The position numbers and the translations under genes are program-made. A stretch of DNA of 64,000 bases from an uncultured virus (IMG/VR IMGVR_UViG_3300034023_001061) (Duplodnaviria; Heunggongvirae; Uroviricota; Caudoviricetes), in the IMG/VR virus record IMGVR_UViG_3300034023_001061. One strand, written 5' to 3'. The notes beneath the pieces were generated by a model. The model saw only the letters and a list, made by a program, of their open reading frames with translations, was not told the DNA's origin and ran no database searches. Every line of letters begins with the position of its first letter. Position 1 is the stretch's first letter. This document shows positions 28,327-38,580 of this stretch, piece after piece.

Positions 28327-28426
28327 GGTGATCCACGGTAACACGAAAACGCGAGGGCGTGTGCGTCGTCGAAACACGGAGAAAAGATCGTTGCGGGCGA
28401 CGGCGGTGCAAGGTAGCGTGGCGACC

Positions 28427-28831
28427 ATGCCCGCTCGCATCACCGTCGCCCGCGCCCGTGCGATCTTCCACGAGGAGCGCGAACGTTTCGCCGCGGTGTA
28501 CCCGCGACTCGCGCGGGCAACGCTGGTGATCGTGGATGCGCCGTGCTTCGACGGCGGGCCGTGCAAGCCGCGCGACCTTGCCCGGTGCTACGCGCGGGAT
28601 GCGGATGTACAGTTGCTCCGCCGCGCGCTCACGTCGGAGTCGCGTGTGCGAAGTCTAGTGCGTCACGAACTCGGGCACGCCGCCGACGCGAGGGTGCGAG
28701 AACCGGGGCGCGAGCAACGGGCCGACGATATCGCGGAGCGGGTGACGGGGGAGCGCGTGTACTACGACCGCGACGACGTGCAGACGACGCGCCGTGGGGC
28801 GTACCCGAGGCCGCGCAGGTTGCCGCGCTAG
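28427..28831 (+). CDS. minimal zincin-like metallopeptidase
   Basis: LVRHELGHAAD (HExxH) followed by EQRAD; class A promoter. Confidence 0.7.
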   Translation: MPARITVARARAIFHEERERFAAVYPRLARATLVIVDAPCFDGGPCKPRDLARCYARDADVQLLRRALTSESRVRSLVRHELGHAADARVREPGREQRADDIAERVTGERVYYDRDDVQTTRRGAYPRPRRLPR

Positions 28832-30457
28832 TCCGAAATCAGAACGGCGAACACGAACGCGGCGGCACCGAGCACGGCACCCGCCGCTCCCGCAGCGCAG
28901 GCGCCCACCAGCGCCCCCGCAGTCGCCGCGAGGAACAGGTCAACCGTCGCGCTACGCCCGCTGGCGTAGTGCGGCAGAACGGGCGCTCCGCACGCCTCGC
29001 AGCGCCGCACGCCGTCACGCACGAACGTCTCCGACTCGCGCAGCGCGACACCCGCCGCCGCGTAGTTCTGGCACTCGACGTTCCAGCACTCGTACCTCAC
29101 GGGTCGGCCATCCGGCACGGCACGCGAACGACGAACGGTTCCTGCCACTGGTAACAGTACCGTGCCCCGTCGATCGTGGCGGCGATGCCCACGCGAACGC
29201 CCGCGTCGCCGCCGTAGCCCCACTCGGTACGTTCCACCCACTCGCGGTAGGCGGGCGCCAAGGTGTCGGGCACCTCGCTCACGAGCCCCTCACCGGGGAC
29301 CGCGATGTACCGCATCACGCGCCCGTCGGGCAGCGTGAGGGCGACGCCTCGCCAGCCTCGCACCGAAACGTTCGTGAGGTCGCACCAGAAGGGCCGTCGG
29401 CGACGGTGCGGAACCGCGGGCACGTCGGCCCCCGCGTCGCGTCGCACGCCCGCGTCGGGCGCGTGGGAGTACACCGGGCGAGGGCGCGGTTGCGCTGGGC
29501 GCTCGCGCTGGTGCGAGGCGAGCATCACGTTGCCAGCGAGGGTGACGACGATTCCGCCGATGATCGTGAGGGCGAACTTCATCGCGGTTCCCTCCGCTTC
29601 GTGCGCCTCACGACCCACGCATCGCGCCCGCGGCGCGCATCTTCGTAGGAGCGCATATACTCCGCCAGCGGGCCAGCGTCGATCGTGCGTCCGATCGAGG
29701 TGACGGCCCACCCGAACTTCGGCGGGAGGTCGGCGGGGCGTTCGCACTCGACGGCCTTCATGCTCGCGTCGCCGTAGCCGTTCGGGCAGTCGAGGCGAAA
29801 CCACCGTTCCTCCTCCGGCATCGCGCCCGCGGGAAACACGCCCTCGATGATGCGCGTGAGGCATGCGTAACGATAGAGGCAGTCCCACACGTCGCCGTCG
29901 TTCGCGTTGAGCGACGCGGCAAGCCCCTCGAACGTGCCTGCACCGCCGAACTCGACGGACGCGCTCCCGTCGCCGTTCGGTTCGTGGTCGCGGATCTGCA
30001 CCATCGCGCAGACCCACACGAAGCGGAGCGGCTCGAAGTGCGGGCGATGTTCGGCGATGTTGCTGCACCCGACGCATCGCAGCCACTCACCGTCGATGTA
30101 CGTCTCCGTCTGCGCGATCGGCCCGTTCTTGTGCGCCTCGTACTTGCAGTCGGGCGAGGTGCACTCGAACAGTTGGTCGGTCTCGTCGTACGTGAACGTC
30201 TCGCTCGTCCCGTCGGGCTCGATCGTGGTCTGCCCCGCGGGTAGCCTCACGATCAGCCCGCCGTTGCGACGCGCGAAGATCGGCGGCACGCTGCGAGACG
30301 AACTGTAGCGGTACGACTCGATGGCACGCTGGCGCGCGACCGCGCACGCCGCATCGGTCGCTGGCGACACCGCGTCGTCGGGCCAGTCGTCGGCGGGGGG
30401 GTCGCGGAGTTCCGCGAGTCGGTCGTCGATCGCCTTCGTTGCTTGTTCTTCGTTCAC
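28828..30457 (-). CDS. three overlapping hypothetical genes (28828-29100, 29097-29582, 29579-30457)
   Basis: 4-nt start/stop overlaps; the first two have hydrophobic segments. Confidence 0.55.
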
Positions 30458-31101
30458 TGCGCACCTCCGGTCACTGCGAAGCACGTCTCCGTGCCGCTCG
30501 GCACTTCGGTGAACCCTGCGTCCGCGACGATGCACTCGCGGTTGCCGCGGGCCAACGCCTCCCACTCAACGCCCGACGCGAACGTCACGACGCACGGGAA
30601 ACCACTGCGCGACCACGGGGCCACCGTGTGCGGGTCGTGCAGCGTCTCGAACGCCAGCATTGCAGCGTGGCCTACCTGCGCGAGCATCTTGCCTACGCTC
30701 ATCGGAACGTCGCCGTTGACCACGATGCGAACGGCGTGTTCGTGCTCCGCGGCGGGCGACCCGTCGAGGTCGCTCACCGCGGCGTCGTACGTTTGCAGCC
30801 TCGCGAGCGCCTTCGGTCGCTCCGAGCGGCGGCACGGCGCGAACACGGTGACGCCGCCCTGCGCGTGCGACGGGAACCCGACGAGGGCCGCGAGTTCCTT
30901 CATGCTCGCTCGCAGCGTCACCTTGCGGTACAGCGCCCCGCGCCACGCCTCGAACTGGCGTTCGCGCATCGTCTCGCGCGAGTAGGCGTTCATCACGCGG
31001 CAGACCGCCGTGGCGCCGTCGGAGAGGAGTTGCGCGAGTGCGTAGGTGTGGTCCTTGCGGACCACGAGGTACATCACCGCAGGATCGTTGTCGTTCATCA
31101 C
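30454..31101 (-). CDS. peptidyl-tRNA hydrolase 2 (Pth2) family protein with a degenerate N-terminal copy
   Basis: IVVNGDVPMSVGKMLAQVGHAA...DAGFTEVPSGTETC; N-terminal MYLVVRKD...W...RKVTLR. Confidence 0.8.
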   Translation of the reverse strand: MMNDNDPAVMYLVVRKDHTYALAQLLSDGATAVCRVMNAYSRETMRERQFEAWRGALYRKVTLRASMKELAALVGFPSHAQGGVTVFAPCRRSERPKALARLQTYDAAVSDLDGSPAAEHEHAVRIVVNGDVPMSVGKMLAQVGHAAMLAFETLHDPHTVAPWSRSGFPCVVTFASGVEWEALARGNRECIVADAGFTEVPSGTETCFAVTGGAQ

Positions 31102-31526
31102 TTCTTCTCCGACGCGCCGCCCGCCAGCGCCGCCTTCGCTTCGTCGAGGAGCGGCCCGATGGTGTGCGCGAGTTCGTGATTCTCCATCGCATTGTCGAGG
31201 TCGTCGAGCGCCTCACGCAGCACCGCGCAGGCTTCGGGCGACGCGGCCTTGTCGGTCGGGCTGCGCAGCGCCGCCGTGATGCTGCGGAGCATCGCTGCGT
31301 AGGCGTTCGCGGTGTCGTCGGAGAGCGAGGCGCGGGCGAACGGAACGTCGCCGAGGGCCGCGTCGTGCCTCTCGACCACCGCGACCAAATCGGCGAGCAT
31401 TGCGAGGGCCTTCGGTCGCGACGTGTCCTGCGCCACCACGTCGTACTCGGGGCACACGGCGCACCACTCGCCGGAAACGTCGTGGCACGGGAACACGATC
31501 GCGGTGATCGGGCGGGAACTACTCAC
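31098..31526 (-). CDS. protein with HicB-like N-terminal fold
   Basis: GEWCAVCPEYDVVAQDTSRPKALAML. Confidence 0.45.
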   Translation of the reverse strand: MSSSRPITAIVFPCHDVSGEWCAVCPEYDVVAQDTSRPKALAMLADLVAVVERHDAALGDVPFARASLSDDTANAYAAMLRSITAALRSPTDKAASPEACAVLREALDDLDNAMENHELAHTIGPLLDEAKAALAGGASEKK

Positions 31527-31841
31527 TGGTTTCCTCGTCTCTCTCGTCCAGAAGATACGTTTCGCCCGCGCCGTCGGGAGCGAAACTACGAACGATCACG
31601 AGGCGCCCGTAACGCTGCACGCCGATGATGCTCCATCCGTGGTGAGCGCGAGTCTCGCCGTCGCGCGGGAGGTCCGCGAGGAACAGTCGGTCGCACCGCT
31701 GGTCTACGCCAGCCTCGATGCGCCACGGCGCGACGTGCACGCAGAACCGATCGCCGCCGCGACCGCCGATACGTTTGGCGAGCGCACACGCTGCGGAGTG
31801 CAGAAGGTCGGCGGCGAGGAGCCCGGTGAGGGCTAGCATTT

Positions 31842-31898
31842 CTCGTAACATGGCCGTGTGACGGCGCGACGGGGCGCCGTATTCAGCGATGTTACGAG
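31842..31898. repeat. nested inverted repeat / long stem-loop
   Basis: CTCGTAACAT...ATGTTACGAG encloses ACGGCGC...GCGCCGT. Confidence 0.65.
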
Positions 31899-32105
31899 TC
31901 TCCGAAGATGGCGCGCGTGATGGCGTCGGCGACCTTGTCGCTGATCTTGTTGTAGCCGCGAGCCTCGATCGCCTTGAGTCCATCGACGACGCACTTGCGG
32001 ACCATGCGCTCGACGTTCGGGTCCGACGCCACGATGTCGTTGGTCTGCTTTCATACTGTTTTGACGTGCGAGTCGGGCGCGCTATTCACCAGCGCGGAGT
32101 GAGAA

Positions 32106-35100
32106 TCACTGCGGCTGCGGAGCGCGCGACGCCTCGAACGCCTGCACGCCGACCGCGAAGGCGTCGACCATCTCGGCGGCGCGGGCGGCGACGGGCTGCG
32201 GCACCGCGGCGACGGCGGCTTGCGCGTCGGGATCGCGCGAGAGGTCCGTGCGGCCCGCGAGGGCCTCCGTGAGCGTCTGCGCGAGGGCGAACACGCGCAC
32301 GAGGTCGCGCTGCGGGGCGTCGCCGCCGAGGATCACCAGCGCGGCGCGCGTGAGGCGAAGGATCGTCTCACGCACTTCTTCGGCGTGCGCCGGAACGGTC
32401 GGGGCGGCGGTCACGACCGCCTGTGCGATGGCGGCGCGGTACTCGCCGTCGATGGTGTCGGTCGGCATCGATGCGAACCTGCCGAACACGCCGTGCGTGT
32501 AGCCGAGCACGGCGGCGGGGTCGCACACGAGCAGGAACATGCGCGCGTACCTCGCGTTGTCGATCTCGGCGGCGCGGGCGTACGTGACCGCGAGGATGTT
32601 GTCCACTTGTTCGCGGGTGAACACCGAGGGCACCTCCGGTTCGGCGGGCGGCGCGATCGTGGGGGCGGTTGCGAGTTCGGTCGTTTCGTTCGTCTGTTCG
32701 TCGGGCATCGTAGCTCCTGCGTGTTGTACGTTCGCGGTCGCGCGTTTATTCACGCGGCGCCGCCGCGCGATGAAACCATCGCCTCCGCGTGGCGCGGGAG
32801 GCTGTTGCAGAGGGCGCCAGCGACGCACGCGAGCGCGTCGATCGCCTCGTGCCAGTCGTCGGCGACGTTCTCCGGCGCGGGCACGGCGCGGGCCGCTTCG
32901 GTGAGTGCGCGGATCGTGAGGCGCATCGCGTGGTCGTCGAGCACGACGCCGCAGAGAATCGTGTGCGCCTGCGCATCGCCCGTGCTGATCTTGAGCGCGC
33001 ACGCGACGGTGCCGAGCCACGCGAAGAAGAGGCGCGTTTCCGACTTGTCGGGGTCGACGCTTCGCGCGTTGAGCGTCGCGAAGATCGCGACCACGCGGCC
33101 GAAGTGCGTGGTGGCGGTCACGCGACGCTCCCGAGCATCGCGCGGAACCGAGACACGAGCGCGATCCACCGAGGATCGTCGGTGTTCACCTTCGTGTCGA
33201 AGTTGCCGTCGATCACCATGCCTTCACGATTTCGAGCGCGCGGAGCGCTCCGCCGTACGTTGTCGCGGTGGCGCGACTGAGCACCACGTCGGAGAGCGAC
33301 GACTCGCTGAACACGCGGAGTTCGGCGAGGAACTCGACGCTGTTTTCGCTGGTCACTCGCACGCGGTATCCGCGCGCTTCGTGCGCCTCGGTGAGTCGCG
33401 CGTGCAGTTGCGCGTCGGTCTCCACCTTCACCGCGGCGTGCATCCCCGCCGTTGGGCGCGCGGGGAACACGTTGTCGCAGGAACCGCTGCCGTAGATGCG
33501 AGTGCTCACGGCGCCACCGGAGGCAGGTACGCCACGTTGTCGGCGCGGGTCACGACGGCGCCCTTCGTGGGGGCGGTTTCGGCGGTGGCGAACGCCACTA
33601 GGACGATCACGAAGAAGGCCAGTACGTCGGTCACGATAGTTGCTCCTGTTGCTCGGGGCGCATTGCCCTCGATGACCCTCTTACGCCCGTCGCTCCGCTG
33701 TTCTTACGCCGCCCCGTCCGATTTCGCCGCGGGCTTGTCGAGCGCCGCGATGGCGCTGCGCAACCGCCGCTCGATGCGCCGCGTGGTGTCGGTCGCGTTC
33801 GCGCTCTCGACGCGCTGCACCGCTTGCCAGAGCAGCCCGCGCTCCGACCACGCGCGCAGCGTGACCTTGCGGTGCCGCTCGGTCGCCGACCACGTCGCGA
33901 CGGTGACCGTTCGGGCGTCGCCCGCGCCCTCGGTGAGCACGTCGAGGGTACGACCGCCCGTCACGGCCTCCGCCGCCTCGCAGACCAGTGCCAGCGTCGC
34001 GGGCGTCACTTCGCGCCCCCGCGGAACTCGTCGGGCGACACGCCGCAGAACTGCGCGAGCGAGTCGACTGCGGGGCGCCCGGTGGGCGTGTTCGCTGCGA
34101 CGGGATCGACGCGCTCCTCCGGTTCGTCGGGCAACAGAACGCATGGGCACACGATATGGCAGCGCATGAAGTACGAGAAGAACACGCCGGAACCATCGCA
34201 CTGCCGACACTTCGCCTTCGCCATCACGCCCCCGCCTTGATCTCGGCCTTCGTTTGGCCGCAGTGCACGCACACCTTCGCGCTCCTGAACCCCACCATCT
34301 CGTGCTTGCACGCGGCCTTGATCGCTCGCGCCACGGCGTCACGCATCGCACCGCAGTCGCAGTTCGCGTCGTTCCGCGTGAACGTCCAGTTGACGATGCA
34401 GGTATCGGCGTGCCCTTCCGCGTTGCGGTGCTTGACGATCACGGCGTCATCTCCCCGTAGAGCCCCTCGCGGAACGCTGCGACCGCGACGGCGCCACGCT
34501 CCGCGCCGTACTCTCCCTTCGCCCACACATCGAAGTGAAGCAGTTGCGCGGCGTGCGTGTTGTCGGCCTCGCGGTACACCTTCGCCGCAACGTTCCGCGC
34601 TGCGACGCGGCCTTGCTCGCGGAACCGTTCGCGCTCCGCGTCGCTGACGGGCACGGGCATCGCGCGGGCAGCGACTTCGACGGCCACGTCGAGCGGCGCG
34701 ACGCACGTTCCGAGACTCCCCATGTACTCGTCGACCTCCGCGAGCGTCGCGAAGCGTGGCACGACGGACGGGCGAAACGGGTCGGTGCCGGGAGCATCGT
34801 AGCCGTCGATATCGAACGTTCGCACCGTGCCGCGGCGCGTGAGTTTGTACACGTCGATCCGCGCCGCCCCGTCGGCATGAACGTAGCAATCGACGCCCGG
34901 TCCGGGGTATCGCGTGAGCCCCCACGACGCGGTGGGGTTGCCCTTGAACTCGCCCGTGTGCTCGGGCGTGCCGAGTCGCGCCACGAGCGCGGCGATCACC
35001 GTTGCGATGCTCACGACGCCACCCGCTCGCCGTTGCGGAACGACGAGACGACGGTTGCGGTTCCGTCTGTCGTCGTCACGCTGTAGGTCACGCCACGCGC

Positions 35101-35627
35101 CTGCGACGAGTAACGTCGCGCCGCAGTTTCGGCGCTCTCAAGCGTGGGCCATACACCGCGAATCGTGCCAGCTTCGTAGATCATTCCGAACATCGTGCCC
35201 TCTTCTACGCGCGCTGCGGCGCGTTTGTTCACTGCGCCGCGAGCATCGCCGCGCGGCGGGCCTCGACGTTGAGCGCCTTCACCGACTCGGTCGCCTTGCG
35301 CGCTTCGTCGAGCAACCGCTGCTCCTCGGCGATGGCGAAGTTGAGCGCGGACTCCGACCACTCGCGGCACTTCGCGAAGAGCGCGGCAATCGCCGCCTCT
35401 TCGTCGCGACCCTCGGCGCTCGGCACAAACAGCGACCGCGTGGGGCCGTGCACGGTCACGAGGTGCTGTCCCCACCCCGTCGCAGTGGCGAGCTTCGCGC
35501 CCTTCATGAACGATCGCTCGCCGTTGCCCTTGTAGGGCGAGAGCGTGATCGTAACGGCGTCGGCGTTCGCGACGCCAGCGGCGGTCGCGAGAAGGCGGAT
35601 GGCGGCGGTGGCAGCGTCGAGGTTCAT
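32106..35627 (-). CDS. cluster of small hypothetical genes (32106-32708, 32750-33169, 33213-33509, 33506-33634, 33704-34009, 34006-34224, 34224-34442, 34439-35014, 35011-35193, 35229-35627)
   Basis: overlapping starts/stops, GC3 bias, class B motifs near 33678, 35202 and 35632. Confidence 0.55.
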
Positions 35628-35696
35628 GCCCCTTCTACGGCGCCAGTCCGACGGACCTTACCGACGCCACCGCATTTGGTCGGCGCGGAAATAGCA

Positions 35697-35732
35697 TTGA
35701 CGCTCGCCCGACGCGGGGTGTAGCGTCGCGCT
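35697..35732 (+). promoter_or_regulatory. class A promoter, probably leaderless
   Basis: TTGACG-18-TAGCGT-6-ATG. Confidence 0.7.
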
Positions 35733-36590
35733 ATGGCACACGCACGTCGCTCGCTCCGCAATCACCACGGCAAGCCCCACGAGCACGCCCCCGGCGACCC
35801 GCTCGGCGTGTACCTCCCGCCGCTGGGGAAGTGGAAGAAGGACGATCACGGGATGCGCAGTTGGCGACACCCTGAACTGCCGCTGCGATTCACCATCACC
35901 GGCAGCAGTGGCGGCGTTGCCGTGAGGTACAACGACGATTACTCGTACGACGAGACGTGGTTCGATGGCCCCAACCCGCGAGACGTTCTCGCCGCGATGA
36001 AGGTCTGGTACTCGCAGCAGACAATGGCGTCGCTGCGCCGCGCCGAACGCAACCCCGACTGGTCCGCGATGCGCGCGAAGGCGTCGCACTACGGTTCGCG
36101 CGCCGCCACGGGTGCCCGCGAGGCGTACGAGTGGACGGCGCCCCGTGCGAAGCGTGCCGCAGCGGCGACGTGGGAGGGCGCGAAGGCGACGGGTCGCGCC
36201 GTCAAGCGCGGAGCGAAGCGCGCGGCCCCCGTGCTCGCCCGTGGCGCCCGCAGCGCGGCGGAGAGCATGGAACGCTGGTCGCAGACGAACGGGCGCTGCG
36301 CGATGCGGAACGGGGCCACGCAAGGGCGCATGATCCTCGTCGGGAACAAGCGCCTCGGTGGGCATATCCTCCGCTACTCCGGTCACTACGGCGACGCCGC
36401 GAGTCGCACGGGACTGGCGTTCTACAATCGAGAGGCGATCCCGTTGAAGGACGCGCGCGACGCACTTCAGGATCTCAAGTGGATGGCAGGGTTCGACACG
36501 ATTCACGGCAGGGCGTGGCAACGCGGTGAGAAGTCAGTTCTCGCGACCACGATCAAGGGACTCGAAGCGGCGATCGCTCGCGCGAAGTAG
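35733..36590 (+). CDS. basic multi-segment protein with RRSLRN, RRAERNP and AMRNG motifs
   Basis: three compositionally different segments separated by RN motifs. Confidence 0.7.
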   Translation: MAHARRSLRNHHGKPHEHAPGDPLGVYLPPLGKWKKDDHGMRSWRHPELPLRFTITGSSGGVAVRYNDDYSYDETWFDGPNPRDVLAAMKVWYSQQTMASLRRAERNPDWSAMRAKASHYGSRAATGAREAYEWTAPRAKRAAAATWEGAKATGRAVKRGAKRAAPVLARGARSAAESMERWSQTNGRCAMRNGATQGRMILVGNKRLGGHILRYSGHYGDAASRTGLAFYNREAIPLKDARDALQDLKWMAGFDTIHGRAWQRGEKSVLATTIKGLEAAIARAK

Positions 36591-36989
36591 CGCCTCGCCT
36601 ACTCGACGTTCCCGCCCGACACGATCGACTCGCAACAGGATCAATCATGGCAACCAAGACGAAGCCTCGCGTTCGCAAGCCCGCATCGAAGCCGAGTTAC
36701 CGCAAGAACGTCAAGGGCACGAAGTCGCTCGGTGGGCAACTCGCGCTCATCCAAGCGATGTCGTGCTCCGGTGACGATCTCACGAAGGTCGCCCACAGCC
36801 TCGTGCACGGGCGCAGCATCGATCTCGCAACCGCGAAGATCAGCCTGCTCGACCTTCAACGGATTCTGGATCGTTCCCGCGGCGAAGAGTTCGTGGCGCA
36901 GATCCTCAAGGCCATGAAGCAACTCAAGGCGATCATCGCGAAGGCGAAGTAGCGCCTCGCCTACTCGACGTTCGCGACCGACACGATCG
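36582..36989 (+). repeat. 46-bp direct repeat (36582-36627 and 36944-36989), 2 mismatches
   Basis: GCGAAGTAGCGCCTCGCCTACTCGACGTTC[C/G]CG[C/A]CCGACACGATCG occurs twice. Confidence 0.9.
36647..36952 (+). CDS. small protein with basic MATK... leader
   Basis: AGGA RBS; MATKTKPRVRKPASKPSYRKN. Confidence 0.7.
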   Translation: MATKTKPRVRKPASKPSYRKNVKGTKSLGGQLALIQAMSCSGDDLTKVAHSLVHGRSIDLATAKISLLDLQRILDRSRGEEFVAQILKAMKQLKAIIAKAK

Positions 36990-37841
36990 GTGCTTGCCCC
37001 GCGGCAGGTTCCGCCGTCGCGGCGTTGTGCAGCGCGAGTAGCATTCCGTTCGCCGTGCGGATGAGCGACGCCGCGTGCTCGTAGGCTTGCTCCTTGCCCG
37101 ACGTTCGCGCGGCGCTGATGCTCGCGTCGATTTGGTCGTTGAGCGTACGGTTCGGGTCGAGCGAGGTTGCCGCATAGCCGAGTTGAAGTTCCTCGCACGC
37201 CGCCGCCCGCTTCTCGAACTCGCGCACGGTCTCCGCGAGCACGTCGGCGACGCGCTTGCGCTCCGCGGCGAGCGCCTCCGCGGTGGTGCTCTCGCCCGGT
37301 GGCACGATCTCGCGAACGTCCCACTTGTGGTATCGGGCGAGGTCGAGCATCGCGTCGATGTGCCCGACGTACGACCCGGTGCCTTGCCGCCCGTACGTCG
37401 CCGTGTACCACGTTCGGCGATCGTACCGCGTCGAGTCGGTGTCGGTCTCGATCGCGAGCGTTTCACCGCCCGCGAGCACCACGCGCCACCCGCTCACGAC
37501 TGCGCTCCCGCGAGACGGTCGACGAGGTCGGCGTAGAACCACGAGTACGAACCGGCGTGCTCACTGATGGCGGCGCTCGCCTTCGCCAGCGTCTCACGGC
37601 GCACGCGGGCGGCGAGTTCGGCGCGTGTCTCGCCACCGGGCGGAACGATTTCGGCGACGGGCCAGTTGCACTTGCCAGCGTACCGCGCGACGCACGCGGC
37701 GTCGTCGTTCTTGGCGGAGAACACGTCGCCCTGCATCCCCGGCGAGGAGAGCGCGAGGTAGCCCGCGCCGCCGTTGGAAACGGTGACGGTGTGCGTCTCG
37801 CCGGTTGTGGTGACGACGCGGTAGTCGATTGTTTTCGTCAT
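36961..37841 (-). CDS. two paralogous hypothetical genes (36961-37497, 37494-37841)
   Basis: both carry (W/Y)RVV...GET...W-x-V-x-EIVPPG...T-x-AE. Confidence 0.65.
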
Positions 37842-37854
37842 GGTCTCGATTCTC

Positions 37855-38082
37855 CTACTTGACGGTCTCGACGATGGCCCGCGCCCCGTAGGTGCAGACC
37901 AGAAGGAACGCCACGATGAAGCCCACGACGTTCGCGTGCAACCACGGCGCTGCGCGGTGCATGAGCCCGCCCGCGAGTGCCACGGCGACCGCGATGGCGA
38001 TGCCGCGCAGGAACAGCGCGGAGGGCGTCGGGCGCGGCGCCGGGGCATCGGGCGGCGCTGGCGTTCGGAACGGGGTGTTCAT
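37855..38082 (-). CDS. small two-TM membrane protein
   Basis: two hydrophobic helices. Confidence 0.6.
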   Translation of the reverse strand: MNTPFRTPAPPDAPAPRPTPSALFLRGIAIAVAVALAGGLMHRAAPWLHANVVGFIVAFLLVCTYGARAIVETVK

Positions 38083-38109
38083 GCGTGTTCTACGCTCCGT
38101 CGTGGGCCG

Positions 38110-38580
38110 CTATTCACGCGGACGTTCGACTTCGTACGCGGTCCACGCAAGAGCGTCTCGCCCACTGGCAACCTCGGCGCCGCCCTCGCACCACCACCCG
38201 CGCGGAAGGTACGTCGCGACGGCGCCGTCGGGCACCGTAATGCTCGCGTGAACCCGCGTGAGGTACACCCGCTCGCAGCGCGGGAGCGCCTCCGCGAACA
38301 GCCGCGCGCCGCCGATCGCGAACGCATCGTCGCCCGCGAGGGCCACCGCCTCGTCGAGCGTCCGCGCCGTGACGACGCCCGCGATCGTGCGCGACGTCAC
38401 TACGACGCGGCGACGGCCCACCAGCGGCGCGGGGAGCGACTCGAACGTCGCTCGGCCCATCACGACGGCGTGGCCGTAAGTGAGGGCGCGGAAGTGCCTC
38501 AGTTCGCTTGGGATGTGCCACGGGAGCGCGCCGTCGAGGCCGATGAGCCCGTTGACGTCGCAGGCGACGATCGCTCGCAT
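38110..38580 (-). CDS. folA: dihydrofolate reductase
   Basis: IVACDVNGLIG..GALPWHIPSELRHF, VVMGRATFESL, IGG and YLTRV. Confidence 0.9.
   Translation of the reverse strand: MRAIVACDVNGLIGLDGALPWHIPSELRHFRALTYGHAVVMGRATFESLPAPLVGRRRVVVTSRTIAGVVTARTLDEAVALAGDDAFAIGGARLFAEALPRCERVYLTRVHASITVPDGAVATYLPRGWWCEGGAEVASGRDALAWTAYEVERPRE

Noticed and set aside
32220..34169. 649-aa plus-strand ORF
   Set aside because: Antisense to a coherent minus-strand gene cluster; long open frames are expected at this GC content.
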